A stretch of DNA of 64,000 nucleotides, from NCBI GenBank assembly GCA_963748015.1, contig CAVVHE010000008.1, forward strand, positions 128,001 to 192,000. Direction: 5' to 3'. The DNA comes from Terriglobia bacterium. GTDB taxonomy: Bacteria > Acidobacteriota > Polarisedimenticolia > Polarisedimenticolales > JAIQFR01. Both the position numbers and the translations under genes were made by a program. The notes under the pieces are model-generated. The model had not been told where the DNA came from and ran no database searches. It saw nothing but the letters and a program-made list of their open reading frames with translations. Shown here one piece after another: positions 38,047 to 48,385 of the stretch (positions are counted from its first letter, which is position 1; each line of letters starts with the position of its first letter).

Positions 38047-39711
38047 TTAGAACGCGAGGAGGACGAGGATCTGGGCGACGATGATCTTGGCGATGAGGGC
38101 GACGGGGTAGACGGCGGCGTACGAGACGTTGGGGTGGTCGGAGCCGGTGTGGGTGTTGGCGAAGGCCAGGGCGGCGGGCTGGGTGTGGATGCCGGCGAGC
38201 ATGCCGAAGGTCGAGATCATGTCGTAGCGGAAGACCCGGTAGGCGAGGAAGACGATCAGCAGGGAGGAGAGGATGGTCACGCCGGCGCCGACGAGGAGGA
38301 GCGTGAGCCCCTGGTTCTGGACGGTGTGAAGGAAGCTGCCGCCGGCCCGGGTTCCGACGCCGGCCAGGAAAAACAGGATGCCGAGCTGGCGCATCGTGAG
38401 GTTGGCGTTGGGGGGCATCGTCCAGACGATCGGGCCGGTGCGCCCGAGGCGGCCGAGGATCAGGGCGACCACGAGCGGGCCGCCGGCGAATCCGAGGGTC
38501 ACGCGCTGGCCGCCGGGAAGCGGGATCGGGACGGTGCCGAGGAGCACGCCGAGGATCATGCCGAAGCTGAACGAGAGGAAATCCGCCTCCGAGTAATCCT
38601 TCATCGGATTGCCGACCACCTGGGTCGCTCGGTCGATGAAGTCCCTGTGGGTCACGACGCGGATCTGGTCGCCGAACTCGAGGATGGTCTCGGGATGCGG
38701 CGTGATCTGCACGCCGCCGCGGCGGATGCGGCTGACGATCACGGGATGGCCGACCGCGTCGGAGAGCCCTGCCGCGGACGTGCCGGCGACCTTCCGGTCG
38801 AGCACCAGCAGGTCGCGGTACTCGATCCCCGGAGAGAGGCTCTCGACGCGCTCCTGGACCAGCGGGCCGATCAGCAGCTCGGCCTTGCGCACGGCCTCCG
38901 GAGACCCGACGCCCACCAGGACGTCGCCTTCCTGCAGGATGCACTCGGGAACGACGAGGTCCACGCTCGCCCCGCGCTTCACCCGGGTGAAGACCATCCC
39001 GGTGAGCTCGGTGAGCAGCGCCTCGCCGTAGCTCTTCCCCACGATCTGCGGGTTCGTCACCCGCACCTCGCGGCTGAGAAGCTCCTCGCCGCCCATCCCG
39101 CTCGCGCGTCTCGCGCGCTGCTGCTCCGCGGGAAGGTCGATCTTCAGGAGCCGCGTCGCGAGCTGCATGATCACGATGAGGCCGGCGACCCCGAGGGGGT
39201 AGGCGATGCTGTAGCCCACGGTGGGCCCGTCGAGGGCGAGCCGCCTCGCGGCCTCGTCGAGATTCGTGCCGGACAGGCTGTTGCGGAGCGCCTCGACCGC
39301 CGCGGCGAGCGCGGGCGTGTTGGTGAGGCTGCCGCAGAAGAGCCCCGACGCGACGGGCGCCGGAACGTGGAGCAGCTTCGCCGCGGCGACGGTCACCGCC
39401 GCGGCGGCCACCGTCGCGACCAGCGCGAGCGACGTGATCTTGAGCCACTGCCGGCGGAACAGGTTGAAGAAGATCGGTCCCGACTGGAGGCCGACCGTGT
39501 AGACGAACACGATGAGCCCGAGGACGTAGATCACCTCCGGGATCGAGAAGCGTGGATCGGCCGCGCCGAACGCCAGGCCGACGAAGAGGACCGCCGCGAT
39601 CCCGAGCCGGAACCCGCCTATCCTCAAGTTGCCCAGGAAATAGCCCAGGCCGACGACGGTGAAGAGGAGAACCACCGGCTGGGTCGCGAGGAGCTCGTAG
39701 AAACCACTCAT
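38047..39711 (-). CDS. AspT/YidE/YbjL-family antiporter with TrkA-C domains
   Basis: AAVLFVGL, GSLTNTPALAAA, VGYSIAYPLG, GGPLVVAL, GIHTQPAAL, YAAVYP duplication. Confidence 0.9.
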   Translation of the reverse strand: MSGFYELLATQPVVLLFTVVGLGYFLGNLRIGGFRLGIAAVLFVGLAFGAADPRFSIPEVIYVLGLIVFVYTVGLQSGPIFFNLFRRQWLKITSLALVATVAAAAVTVAAAKLLHVPAPVASGLFCGSLTNTPALAAAVEALRNSLSGTNLDEAARRLALDGPTVGYSIAYPLGVAGLIVIMQLATRLLKIDLPAEQQRARRASGMGGEELLSREVRVTNPQIVGKSYGEALLTELTGMVFTRVKRGASVDLVVPECILQEGDVLVGVGSPEAVRKAELLIGPLVQERVESLSPGIEYRDLLVLDRKVAGTSAAGLSDAVGHPVIVSRIRRGGVQITPHPETILEFGDQIRVVTHRDFIDRATQVVGNPMKDYSEADFLSFSFGMILGVLLGTVPIPLPGGQRVTLGFAGGPLVVALILGRLGRTGPIVWTMPPNANLTMRQLGILFFLAGVGTRAGGSFLHTVQNQGLTLLLVGAGVTILSSLLIVFLAYRVFRYDMISTFGMLAGIHTQPAALAFANTHTGSDHPNVSYAAVYPVALIAKIIVAQILVLLAF

Positions 39712-39800
39712 GGCGGCATCCGCAGGGAAATTGGGCGACGGATCGCAGAGGATATCGCATCGCGCGCTTCGGCGACAGCGGGCCCGGGATGCGCGACGCA

Positions 39801-39830
39801 TTGACACGCGGGACCGCGCGAAGGTAACGT
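39801..39830 (+). promoter_or_regulatory. Putative sigma70 promoter for the nfeD-flotillin operon
   Basis: TTGACA-N18-TAACGT. Confidence 0.45.
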
Positions 39831-39891
39831 CAGGAGGGATCCCAAAGGGAAGCGCGCGCGCCTCCCCCGGCGGCGACGCTCGAGAGAGAAC

Positions 39892-40455
39892 ATGCTCATC
39901 TACGCTGCGATCGGGTCCTTCGGGCTTCTCTTCCTTCTCGTGATGCTGTTCGTCGGCGAGCTGTTCGGCGGCGACCACGAGGTCCACGTCGGCGACATCG
40001 GCACCGACCACGCGGACTTCGGCCACGAGGGGGGGCCGAGCATTTTCAGCGCCCGCATCATGGCGTCGTTTCTGACGGCCTTCGGCGTCGGCGGCGTGGT
40101 CGCGCGCTACTACGACCTCTCGCATCCGGCGGCCGCGGGGTGCGGCGTCGTGACGGGCGTCGTGATGTCCGGCCTCGTCTACCAGTTCGCGAAGATCCTC
40201 TACTCCCAGCAGGCTTCGAGCGAGGTGCGGATGGCGCGGCTCGTCGGCAGGACGGCCGAGGTCACGGTCGGCATCCCGCAGGGCGGCATGGGACAGGTCA
40301 CGCTCGAGTACGGCGGGGAGCGCACGACGCAGATCGCGCGCTCGAAGGACGGCGGCGCGATCCCTCCGGGGACCGCGGTCGTCGTCACGGCTCTCCTGGG
40401 AGATTCGATGATCGTGGAGCGCGTGGGTGCGCGGGCTCCGGGGGGTTCGCTATGA
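39892..40455 (+). CDS. NfeD-like (YuaF type) membrane protein with C-terminal OB fold
   Basis: TM helices, FLTAFGVGG, LVGRTAEVTVGIP..GQV; ATGA overlap with flotillin. Confidence 0.8.
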   Translation: MLIYAAIGSFGLLFLLVMLFVGELFGGDHEVHVGDIGTDHADFGHEGGPSIFSARIMASFLTAFGVGGVVARYYDLSHPAAAGCGVVTGVVMSGLVYQFAKILYSQQASSEVRMARLVGRTAEVTVGIPQGGMGQVTLEYGGERTTQIARSKDGGAIPPGTAVVVTALLGDSMIVERVGARAPGGSL

Positions 40456-41990
40456 GCAGCGTTCTCGGCGGATTTTCGGCCATCGGGATCGCCTTCGCGG
40501 TTCTGTTCGGGCTTCTCGGGATCTTCGCGGCAATGGCGCTCTTCGCCCGCAACTACATCAAAGTGCCGCCCTCGCAGGTCGCGATCTTCTACGGGCGGAA
40601 GCAGACGCTCGTCGACGAGAAAGGAGAGCGCACCCGGGTCGGCTTCCGCGTGGTGCGGGGCGGCGCCGCGCTCCGCCTCCCGGTGCTCGAGCAGGTCGCC
40701 TACCTGTCCCTCAACATCATCTCGATCCCGCTCAAGATCCAGCGCGCCTACACCAAGGAGGGCGTGCCCGTCACGGTCGAGGCGGTGGCGAACGTCAAGA
40801 TCGCCGGCGACGACATGTCGCTGCGGTCGGCGGCCGAGCGCTTCCTCGGCATGACCGTGGATCAGATCAAGGGCGTCATCTTCCAGACGCTCGAGGGCCA
40901 CCTCCGGGCGATCCTCGGAACGCTCACCGTCGAGGAGATCAACGCCGACCGGCAGGCCTTCGCGCAGAAGATGACCGACGAGGCCGCCGTCGACCTCAAG
41001 AAGATGGGCGTCAACATCGACATCCTGACCATCCAGCAGATCAGTGACGAGGAAGGGTACCTCGACGCGCTCGGGAAGAAACGGACGGCCGAGGTCAAGC
41101 GCGACGCGGTCATCGGCGAGGCGCTCGCCCAGCGCGACGCGATGATCCAGTCGGCCAACGCCGACCAGGAAGGGAAGACGAAGCGCTACGAGGCCGACGT
41201 GACCATCGCGCAGTCGCTGCGCGACAAGGAAACGAAGCAGGCGGAGTTCAACGCCGCGGTGCAGGGCAAGCAGGCGGAGGCGCAGCAGGCGGGGCCGCTC
41301 GCGACGGCCATCGCGAAGCAGAAGGTCACCGAGCAGGAGACGCGCATCGACCAGGTGCGCAAGGCGCAGGAGGTGCTGGTCCAGGAGCAGGAGGCGTTCC
41401 GCAGGGAGAAGGAGCTGCAGGCCACGGTCGTGAAGCCGGCCGAGGCCGAGCGGCAGGCGGCCATTCTGCGCGCCGAGGGAGAAAAGCAGGCGACGATCAT
41501 CAAGGCCGAGGCGACCCAGAAGGAACTCGAGTACGAGGGCGCCGGCGAGGCCGCGAAGATCGAGAAGGTCGGACGCGCCGAGGCCGCGAAGGTCCTCGCC
41601 ATCGGAGAGGCCGAGGCCGAGGTCATCAAGAAGAAGCTCCTGGCGGAAGCGGAAGGGCTCCAGAAGAAGTCGGAGGCCTGGAAGAACTTCAACGAGGCCG
41701 CGGTCCTCAACATGCTCGTCGAGAGGATGCCCGAGCTGGCCCAGGCCTTCGCCACCCAGCTCGCGGGGATCGACAAGATCAACATCATCGAGATGGGGAA
41801 CGGCGCTGGCGGCGGGGGCGGCATCGGCAAGGTCATGGGCACCGTGGGCGGAGGCATGACCGCGATGCTCGCGATGCTGAAGGACCAGTTCGGCATCGAC
41901 GTCGTGCGCCTCGTGCAGGCCAAGACCGACGTCGCCGCCGCCGAGGCGGAGACCCGCGCCACGACCGGCGGCCCCAAGAAGTCGAGCTAG
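40452..41990 (+). CDS. Flotillin (SPFH domain + EA-rich coiled coil)
   Basis: VPVTVEAVANVKI, LEGHLRAILGTLTVEEI, YLDALG, PAEAER, AEAE repeats. Confidence 0.93.
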   Translation: MSSVLGGFSAIGIAFAVLFGLLGIFAAMALFARNYIKVPPSQVAIFYGRKQTLVDEKGERTRVGFRVVRGGAALRLPVLEQVAYLSLNIISIPLKIQRAYTKEGVPVTVEAVANVKIAGDDMSLRSAAERFLGMTVDQIKGVIFQTLEGHLRAILGTLTVEEINADRQAFAQKMTDEAAVDLKKMGVNIDILTIQQISDEEGYLDALGKKRTAEVKRDAVIGEALAQRDAMIQSANADQEGKTKRYEADVTIAQSLRDKETKQAEFNAAVQGKQAEAQQAGPLATAIAKQKVTEQETRIDQVRKAQEVLVQEQEAFRREKELQATVVKPAEAERQAAILRAEGEKQATIIKAEATQKELEYEGAGEAAKIEKVGRAEAAKVLAIGEAEAEVIKKKLLAEAEGLQKKSEAWKNFNEAAVLNMLVERMPELAQAFATQLAGIDKINIIEMGNGAGGGGGIGKVMGTVGGGMTAMLAMLKDQFGIDVVRLVQAKTDVAAAEAETRATTGGPKKSS

Positions 41991-42012
41991 CGCACCCGCG
42001 AGCGAGGCGCCC

Positions 42013-42483
42013 ATGGCTGCCGAGACGATCTACGAGAGCAAGGTCCCCTGGAACCCGAAGCGGCCCGATACGGTCATCATCTCGTGCGTCGACGGCCGCT
42101 GGCGGGAGCACATCCAGGAATTCACGATCAACCACCTGAAGGCCGACCTGCACGCCGATTTCCTGGCGGTGCCCGGAGGGATCGAGCCGCTCACGCTGTT
42201 CGACCTCGTGCCGAAGGACTTCAACTTTTTCAGGAGGCGGCTCGAGTCGCTGATCGAGGCTCACGGGACGAAACGCATCGTCGCGATCGCCCACCAGGAC
42301 TGCGCGTGGTACAAGGAGCGCAAGTTCTTCCCCTTCAAGATAGATCTGCGCGAGCGGCAGATCGCCGACCTCAAGCGCGTCGCGGCGCGCCTGCGCGAGA
42401 CCCTTCCGGATCTCACGATCGAGACGTACTTCGCGAGGCTCGAGGGAAAGGACCCGGAGCGAGTCGTCTTCGAGCCAGTCTGA
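42013..42483 (+). CDS. Small beta-carbonic-anhydrase-like Zn protein
   Basis: ISCVDGR (CxDxR), VPGG, AHQDC (HxxC). Confidence 0.7.
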   Translation: MAAETIYESKVPWNPKRPDTVIISCVDGRWREHIQEFTINHLKADLHADFLAVPGGIEPLTLFDLVPKDFNFFRRRLESLIEAHGTKRIVAIAHQDCAWYKERKFFPFKIDLRERQIADLKRVAARLRETLPDLTIETYFARLEGKDPERVVFEPV

Positions 42484-42516
42484 TCCGGTGCCTTGCCGCG
42501 ACCGGGTCCCTCCGCC

Positions 42517-43314
42517 TCATCTCAGCTGGAACTCCACCCGCACCGTGAAGTACACGCGCACCGCCCTCCCGCTCTGAAGCGCCGCGCGGTACCGCCACTG
42601 CCTGACGGCACTCACCGCCGCGTCCACGAACAGCGGGCTCGACGCCCGCAGCACCGTCACGTCGTCCACGGCGCCGTCCTCGCCGATCACGGCCTGCAGA
42701 AGGACGAATCCGGGAAGCCGGGCGGTGCGGGCCATCGCCGGGTACTCGGGCGAGACCTTTCGCATGAGAACCGGCGGAACCATGTCGGGTGTGATCTCGA
42801 CGGGTGCCGCCGGCAGGGCCGGCTCGGCACGCCCGTCGCCCGAGCCCGGACCTCCGCCCGAGCCGTCGCCGAGGCTGCCTTCCACCCCCCAGGGCAGGCC
42901 GGTGCCGTCGCCACCGAGGCCGGAAAAGAAAAGGCCGGACGGTCCAGGGCCGGGCAGGGCCTCCTCGATCGCCTCGGTTGGAGCATCGGGCTGCGGGGCG
43001 GCCTGGGGAACATCCCGTGGCTGCACGATCTCGTGAGGCGCGGCCGGCCGCCGCGTCGGCACCACACCGGAGGGCTGCCGCCGGAGCCCGCCCTGGCCGA
43101 GAGGAGGCGGTACACCGACGCCCGGACCGAGGAACACCCTGGTCGGCTGCGTCCCGAACGGGTTTTCGAACTCCGGCACCTGCCGGAGGACCAGGAGGGA
43201 GGAGGTGATCATTCCTCCCACGACAAGGAAGTGCATCGACGCAGCGACCGGGTACGGCCAGATCGCGCGGCCTCGGGAACCTGCTTTTCGGGTCTCTATC
43301 ATGGTGTCGAACAT
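42517..43314 (-). CDS. TonB-like energy transducer
   Basis: N-terminal TM with SxxH-type motif (ASMH), Pro/Gly linker, PEYPAMAR..G.V..AVSAVRQWRY..VEFQL. Confidence 0.85.
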   Translation of the reverse strand: MFDTMIETRKAGSRGRAIWPYPVAASMHFLVVGGMITSSLLVLRQVPEFENPFGTQPTRVFLGPGVGVPPPLGQGGLRRQPSGVVPTRRPAAPHEIVQPRDVPQAAPQPDAPTEAIEEALPGPGPSGLFFSGLGGDGTGLPWGVEGSLGDGSGGGPGSGDGRAEPALPAAPVEITPDMVPPVLMRKVSPEYPAMARTARLPGFVLLQAVIGEDGAVDDVTVLRASSPLFVDAAVSAVRQWRYRAALQSGRAVRVYFTVRVEFQLR

Positions 43315-43476
43315 GGCGGCACCTCCCTCGCTCGTGCCCCCTGAGTGTTAGATCGGATCGCGGAGCGGAAGTTCCAGGGGAGGACGGGAAGATGCGCTGC
43401 GTGGACGTCGCAGCGCCGGGGGTCCGTGCCGGTCCTGGTGCATAATGCGGACCATCAACCTCAGGGAGGATCGCCC

Positions 43477-43713
43477 ATGTCCGAGCGCACGATCGCAGCG
43501 ACGCGTCCCGCCGTCGTCGAACTCGAAGCCGGCACCTACTGGTGGTGTCGTTGCGGCCGCTCGGCCGGCCAGCCGTTCTGCGACGGCTCGCACGCCGGGA
43601 CCGGCCTCGGGCCGATGGAGCTCAAGCTGGAGCAGAAAACCCGGGTCGCTCTCTGCCAGTGCAAGCACACGCACGACGAGCCGAGGTGCGACGGGAGCCA
43701 CAAGACGCTGTGA
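43477..43713 (+). CDS. CDGSH iron-sulfur protein (two CDGSH motifs)
   Basis: WCRCGRS..PFCDGSH and LCQCKHT..PRCDGSH; RBS GGAGG. Confidence 0.92.
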   Translation: MSERTIAATRPAVVELEAGTYWWCRCGRSAGQPFCDGSHAGTGLGPMELKLEQKTRVALCQCKHTHDEPRCDGSHKTL

Positions 43714-43732
43714 CGGACCCTATAATGCGGCC

Positions 43733-44757
43733 GTGATCCTAGCTGGCGACGTCGGCGGAACCAAGACGATCCTCGGGCTGTTCTCCCGCCGGGGGGACGG
43801 CTCGTGGCCGCCCGGGAGGCGACGTTTCCGAGCGCCGGCTACTCCTCCTTCGAAGCAATCGTCGAGGCGTTCCTCTCCGAGGGAAAAGAGCGCGTGACGG
43901 CCTGCGCGGTCGGCGTCGCGGGCCCGGTGACCGGGGGGCGGACGCAGGCCGTCAACCTCCGCTGGCACGTGGACGCGCGTCGCGTCGCCCGCCTCCTCCG
44001 CATCGAGGAGGTGCACCTCCTCAACGACCTCGAGGCCACCGGGTGGGGAATCCCGGCGCTGCCTCGGGCGAGCACCGTGAGCCTGACCCCGCGCCTGCGC
44101 CCATCCCCGGGCCACGCGGCGCTCCTCGCGGCGGGGACCGGCTTCGGCACCGCGGTCCTGTGCTGGGACGGGCGGCGGCACTGGCCCGCGGCCAGCGAGG
44201 GCGGGCACGCAGGGTTCGCGCCGCGAGACGAAGAAGAGATCGATCTGCTGCGGTACTTCATGCGGCGGTTCGGCCGCCCGAGTCTCGACCGGGTCGTTTC
44301 GGGACCCGGCCTGCGCGCGATCTACGATTTCCTGGTGGAGTCGGGCCGGGGCGCGCCGTCCCCCACGATGACGCGCCGGCTAGCGGAGGAGGATCCGAGC
44401 GCCGCGATCTCCGGGGCCGGCCTTCGGGGCGAGGACCCGACGGCGGAGCGCGCGCTGGATTGGTTGGTGTCGCTCTACGGATCCGCCGCCGGGGACCTCG
44501 CGCTGGTCGCGGGGGCGGTCGGCGGCGTGTGGATCGGCGGGGGCATCGCCCCCAAGATCCTGCCCAAGCTCCTTTCGGGCGCCTTCCTGCGGGCCTTCCG
44601 GTCCAAGGGGAGGCTCTCCCCATTCGTCGAGCGCATCCCGGTGCGGGTGATCCTGGAACCGCGCACGGGACTCCTCGGGGCGGCGGCGCGCGCCGCTCGA
44701 GGAATCCCGGGAGCGCTCCTGGCGTCCGCGCGCGGACGCCGCGAGGTGACGCGATGA
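43733..44757 (+). CDS. glk: Glucokinase; one-base deletion in the G run at 43791-43796
   Basis: [11 protein letters not shown] in one frame, then [37 protein letters not shown]. Confidence 0.88.
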
Positions 44758-46756
44758 ACGCCGCTCCGACTTCCGATCTCGCCCGCGACGCCGTGGACAC
44801 GCTGAAGTTCCTGGCGGTGGACGCCGTGGAAAAGGCGAAGTCCGGCCACCCGGGGATGCCGATGGGCGCCGCGGACATGGCCTTCGTGCTCTGGGGGCGC
44901 TTTCTCCGGTACGACCCCACGGCGCCCGACTGGCCCGACCGCGACCGCTTCGTCCTTTCCGCCGGGCACGGCTGCATGCTGCTCTACGGGCTCCTCCACC
45001 TCGCCGGATTCGAGGTCTCCATGTCGGACCTCCAGGCTTTCCGGCAGTGGGGGAGCAAGACGCCGGGCCATCCGGAGTTCGGCCACACCGTCGGAGTCGA
45101 GGCCACCACCGGCCCGCTCGGCCAGGGGGTCGGCAACGCGGTCGGGATGGCGTTGGCGGCGAGGATGCTCGCGGCCCGGTTCAACGACGCCGAGCTTCAA
45201 GCCGGTCAACCAGCGCGTGTTCGCGATCGCCAGCGACGGCGACCTCATGGAGGGGGTCTCGGCCGAGGCGTCGTCCCTGGCGGGACACCTCGAGCTCGGC
45301 AACCTCGTGGTCCTCTACGACGACAACCGGATCACGATCGAGGGAAAGACCGACCTCGCCTGGTCCGAGGACGTCGGCCTGCGCTACGAGGCGTACGGGT
45401 GGCACGTCCAGCGGGTGGACGGCCACGATCACGAAGCGATCGCCGCCGCGATCGAGGGCGCGATCGCGGAGGAGGGCGCGCCCGTCGCTCATCGTCTGCA
45501 GGACCCACATCGCCTACGGCGCCCCGACGAAGCAGGACACCGCGGCGTCGCACGGCTCGCCCCTCGGGGCGGAGGAGGTCGCGGCGGCCAAGGAAAAGGC
45601 CCGGCTGGCCAGTAGCGCCGCCGTTTCTCGTGCCGGAGACCGTCCGCGCGTTCTGGAAGGCGCGCGCCGCGGAGGGGGCCGCGCTGCGCACGGCCTGGGA
45701 GGCGCGTTTCGCGGAATGGCGCGCGGCGCGCCCCGGCGAGGCGGAGCTGTGGGACGCGATCTCGAGCCCCAAGGTCCCCGCGGACCTGACGGCCAGGCTG
45801 CTCGAGGCGGCGCCGACCGGCGCGGCCGCCACGCGCGAGCACGGGGCCGCGGTGCTCCAGAAGGCCGCGGAGCTGGTCCCAGGCCTCGTCGGAGGTTCGG
45901 CCGATCTCGCGCCGTCCACGCTGACGCTGATCAAGGGCTCGCCGTCGATCGGGCCGGGGGACCACGCGGGGAGGAACCTGCACTTCGGGATCCGCGAGCA
46001 CGGCATGGGGGCGATCCTCAACGGGATCGCCTATCAGGGGGCGTTCCGGCCGTTCGGCGCCACGTTCTTCGTCTTCTCGGACTACATGCGCCCGTCCATC
46101 AGGATAGCCGCCCTCGCGGGGCTGCCGGTCGTGTACGTCTTCACGCACGACTCGATCTTCGTCGGCGAGGACGGTCCCACCCACCAGCCGATCGAGCATG
46201 CCGCGGCGCTACGCGTGATACCGAACTTGAGGGTGTTCCGCCCCGCGGACGGCTTCGAGACCGCGCTGGCCTGGGGGATGGCGCTCGAGCGGACCGACGG
46301 GCCGACCGCGCTCCTGCTGAGCCGCCAGAAGCTCCCCCGATCGAGCGCGAGGCGGCCGGCGAGCTTGCCGATCCGAGGCGAGGGGCCTACCTCGTCGCCC
46401 GGAGCGACCGGCCGGACGCCGTGCTGGCCGCGACCGGCTCGGAGCTGCATCTCGCCCTCGCGGCGAGGGGGGCGCTCGCCGAGAAGGGGAAGAAGATCGA
46501 CGTGGTCTCGGTGCCTTGCCTCGAGCTCTTCCTGGAGCAGGAGCGGGGATTTCGCGACAAGCTCTTTCCCAAGGGCGTTCCGGTCGCTACAGTAGAGGCC
46601 GGCCGAACGGATCCGTGGCGTGTCCTGGCGGGACTGGACGGCCTGACGCTCGGGATCGACCGCTTCGGCGCTTCGGCGCCGTCCGCGGTCGTCGGGGATA
46701 GGTTCGGATTCACCGCGGAAAGCGTTGTCGCCCGCCTGCTCGAGTGGCTGGGTTGA
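44754..46756 (+). CDS. tkt: Transketolase; four frameshifts (about 45197, 45480, 45601, 46335)
   Basis: [74 protein letters not shown]. Confidence 0.92.
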
Positions 46757-46836
46757 GGCGAACCCGGGCGACCCGAAGGTCTACCGAGCATCGCAACGGG
46801 GCAAGCATCCGGAAGGAAAAAGAAAAGGAGGATGGA

Positions 46837-48261
46837 ATGGCTCGAACGAAAGGCATGCTCGCGCTTCTGCCGCTGGCGTTGACCCTGCTGGCGCTGACGG
46901 CGCCGCCGACGCTGGCCGCCGGGGACTATCCGAACGAGGTCGACATCCTGGCCGGCGTCTCGATGCCGGACAAGGATCTCCTGAGCCCGGAAGTGAACCA
47001 ATCCTGGGGCCTGGTCGGTACGGCGCGCTACACGCGCTTCTTCGGCGACCACTGGGGCGGTTTCCTGGACTTCACCTCGGCCAACTACGACTGCGGAACG
47101 GAGGTTCCCAACGCCTGGACGAGGGTGTGGCGGGGCGGCGCGGAATGGTCGTCCATGCCCAAGAAGAACAAGAACTGGTCGGTCACGTTCGGCGCCGGCT
47201 GGGAGGAGCTCCTCCCCAGCTACGGGGCGATCTACGACCGCAGCTTCGTCTCCCTGGGCTTCGGGCAGCGGATCGCGACGACGGGGAAAGGCGTTTGGCG
47301 GTGGGAGATCCGGGGAGATCAGTCCGTCGACGACGGCGGCAGCAACGACGGAGCCGGCGGGGCATCCCTCCTCAACATCCACGCGATGATCGGTCTCGGC
47401 TTCGGCTTCGGCGGGACCCCGAAGGACACCGACGGCGACGGCGTCATCGATCGCAAGGACAAGTGCCCGAACACCCCGGTAGGCGCGATCGTGGACGAAA
47501 CCGGCTGCCCGCTGGACAGCGACGGCGACGGCGTTTACAACGGGATCGACAAGTGCATGGACACGCCCAAGGGTGTCAAGGTGGACGCGAGCGGGTGCCC
47601 GCTCGATAGCGACGCCGACCTCGTCGCGGACTACCTGGACAAGTGCCCCAGCACGCCGAGAGGCGTCAAGGTGGACAAGGACGGCTGCCCCGTGGACAGC
47701 GACGGGGACGGCGTGCCGGACTACCTCGACAAGTGCCCGGGAACCCCGAAGGGCGTCAAGGTCGATCGCGACGGCTGCCCGCCGGACAGCGACGGCGACG
47801 GCGTGTCCGACTACCTCGACAAGTGTCCCAACACTGCGAGAGGTGAGAAGGTGGATTCGAGCGGCTGCCCGCTCGCGCCGCCTCCTCCGGTCCACACCAC
47901 GGCGCCGGTCTTCAAGGAAGGGAAGAGCCTGGTGCTCGAGGGAGTCAACTTCGAGTACAGCAGCTCCAAGCTGACCGCGGAGTCCAAGGCCGCGCTCGAC
48001 CGCGTCGCCGCGTCGCTCGTGGATTGGAGCGACGTGAACGTGGAGGTGGGCGGGCACACGGACGGCCGGGGAGCGGATGCCTTCAACCTGAAGCTCTCGC
48101 AGGCCCGGGCGGAATCGGTGCGGGACTACCTCGTGTCGAAGGGAGTCGCCGCCTCGAGGCTGGCGGCGAAGGGATTCGGCGAGACCCGTCCGATCGCCGA
48201 CAACAAGACCGACGAGGGGCGCGCGAAGAACCGCCGCGTCGAGCTGACCAAGACCAACTAG
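46837..48261 (+). CDS. OmpA-family protein: N-terminal beta-barrel, TSP3 repeats, OmpA-C domain
   Basis: Signal peptide; GHTD..NLKLSQARAESV..NRRVE. Confidence 0.92.
   Translation: MARTKGMLALLPLALTLLALTAPPTLAAGDYPNEVDILAGVSMPDKDLLSPEVNQSWGLVGTARYTRFFGDHWGGFLDFTSANYDCGTEVPNAWTRVWRGGAEWSSMPKKNKNWSVTFGAGWEELLPSYGAIYDRSFVSLGFGQRIATTGKGVWRWEIRGDQSVDDGGSNDGAGGASLLNIHAMIGLGFGFGGTPKDTDGDGVIDRKDKCPNTPVGAIVDETGCPLDSDGDGVYNGIDKCMDTPKGVKVDASGCPLDSDADLVADYLDKCPSTPRGVKVDKDGCPVDSDGDGVPDYLDKCPGTPKGVKVDRDGCPPDSDGDGVSDYLDKCPNTARGEKVDSSGCPLAPPPPVHTTAPVFKEGKSLVLEGVNFEYSSSKLTAESKAALDRVAASLVDWSDVNVEVGGHTDGRGADAFNLKLSQARAESVRDYLVSKGVAASRLAAKGFGETRPIADNKTDEGRAKNRRVELTKTN
47425..47874 (+). repeat. Five intragenic 90-bp tandem repeats encoding thrombospondin type 3 Ca-binding units
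   Basis: 5 x D(S/T)DGDGVxDxxDKCPxTPxGxxVDxxGCP. Confidence 0.9.
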
Positions 48262-48285
48262 TTCTTCCACCGATCGTGCGACGAG

Positions 48286-48323
48286 AGGGCCCCGGGGCCG
48301 CGACCCCGGGGCCCTCCGCTTTT
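48286..48323 (+). terminator. Putative intrinsic terminator after the OmpA gene
   Basis: GAGGGCCCCGGGG / CCCCGGGGCCCTC stem followed by a short T run. Confidence 0.5.
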
Positions 48324-48385
48324 CGAGAGCCGGCACGGGATACACTCGAGACGGCGCGGCATGGAAGCCGCGACGGAGGTCCCGC

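Noticed and set aside
47425..47874. 90-bp tandem repeats as a CRISPR array or novel repeat
   Set aside because: In-frame TSP3 calcium-binding repeats, a known feature of OmpA-family proteins.
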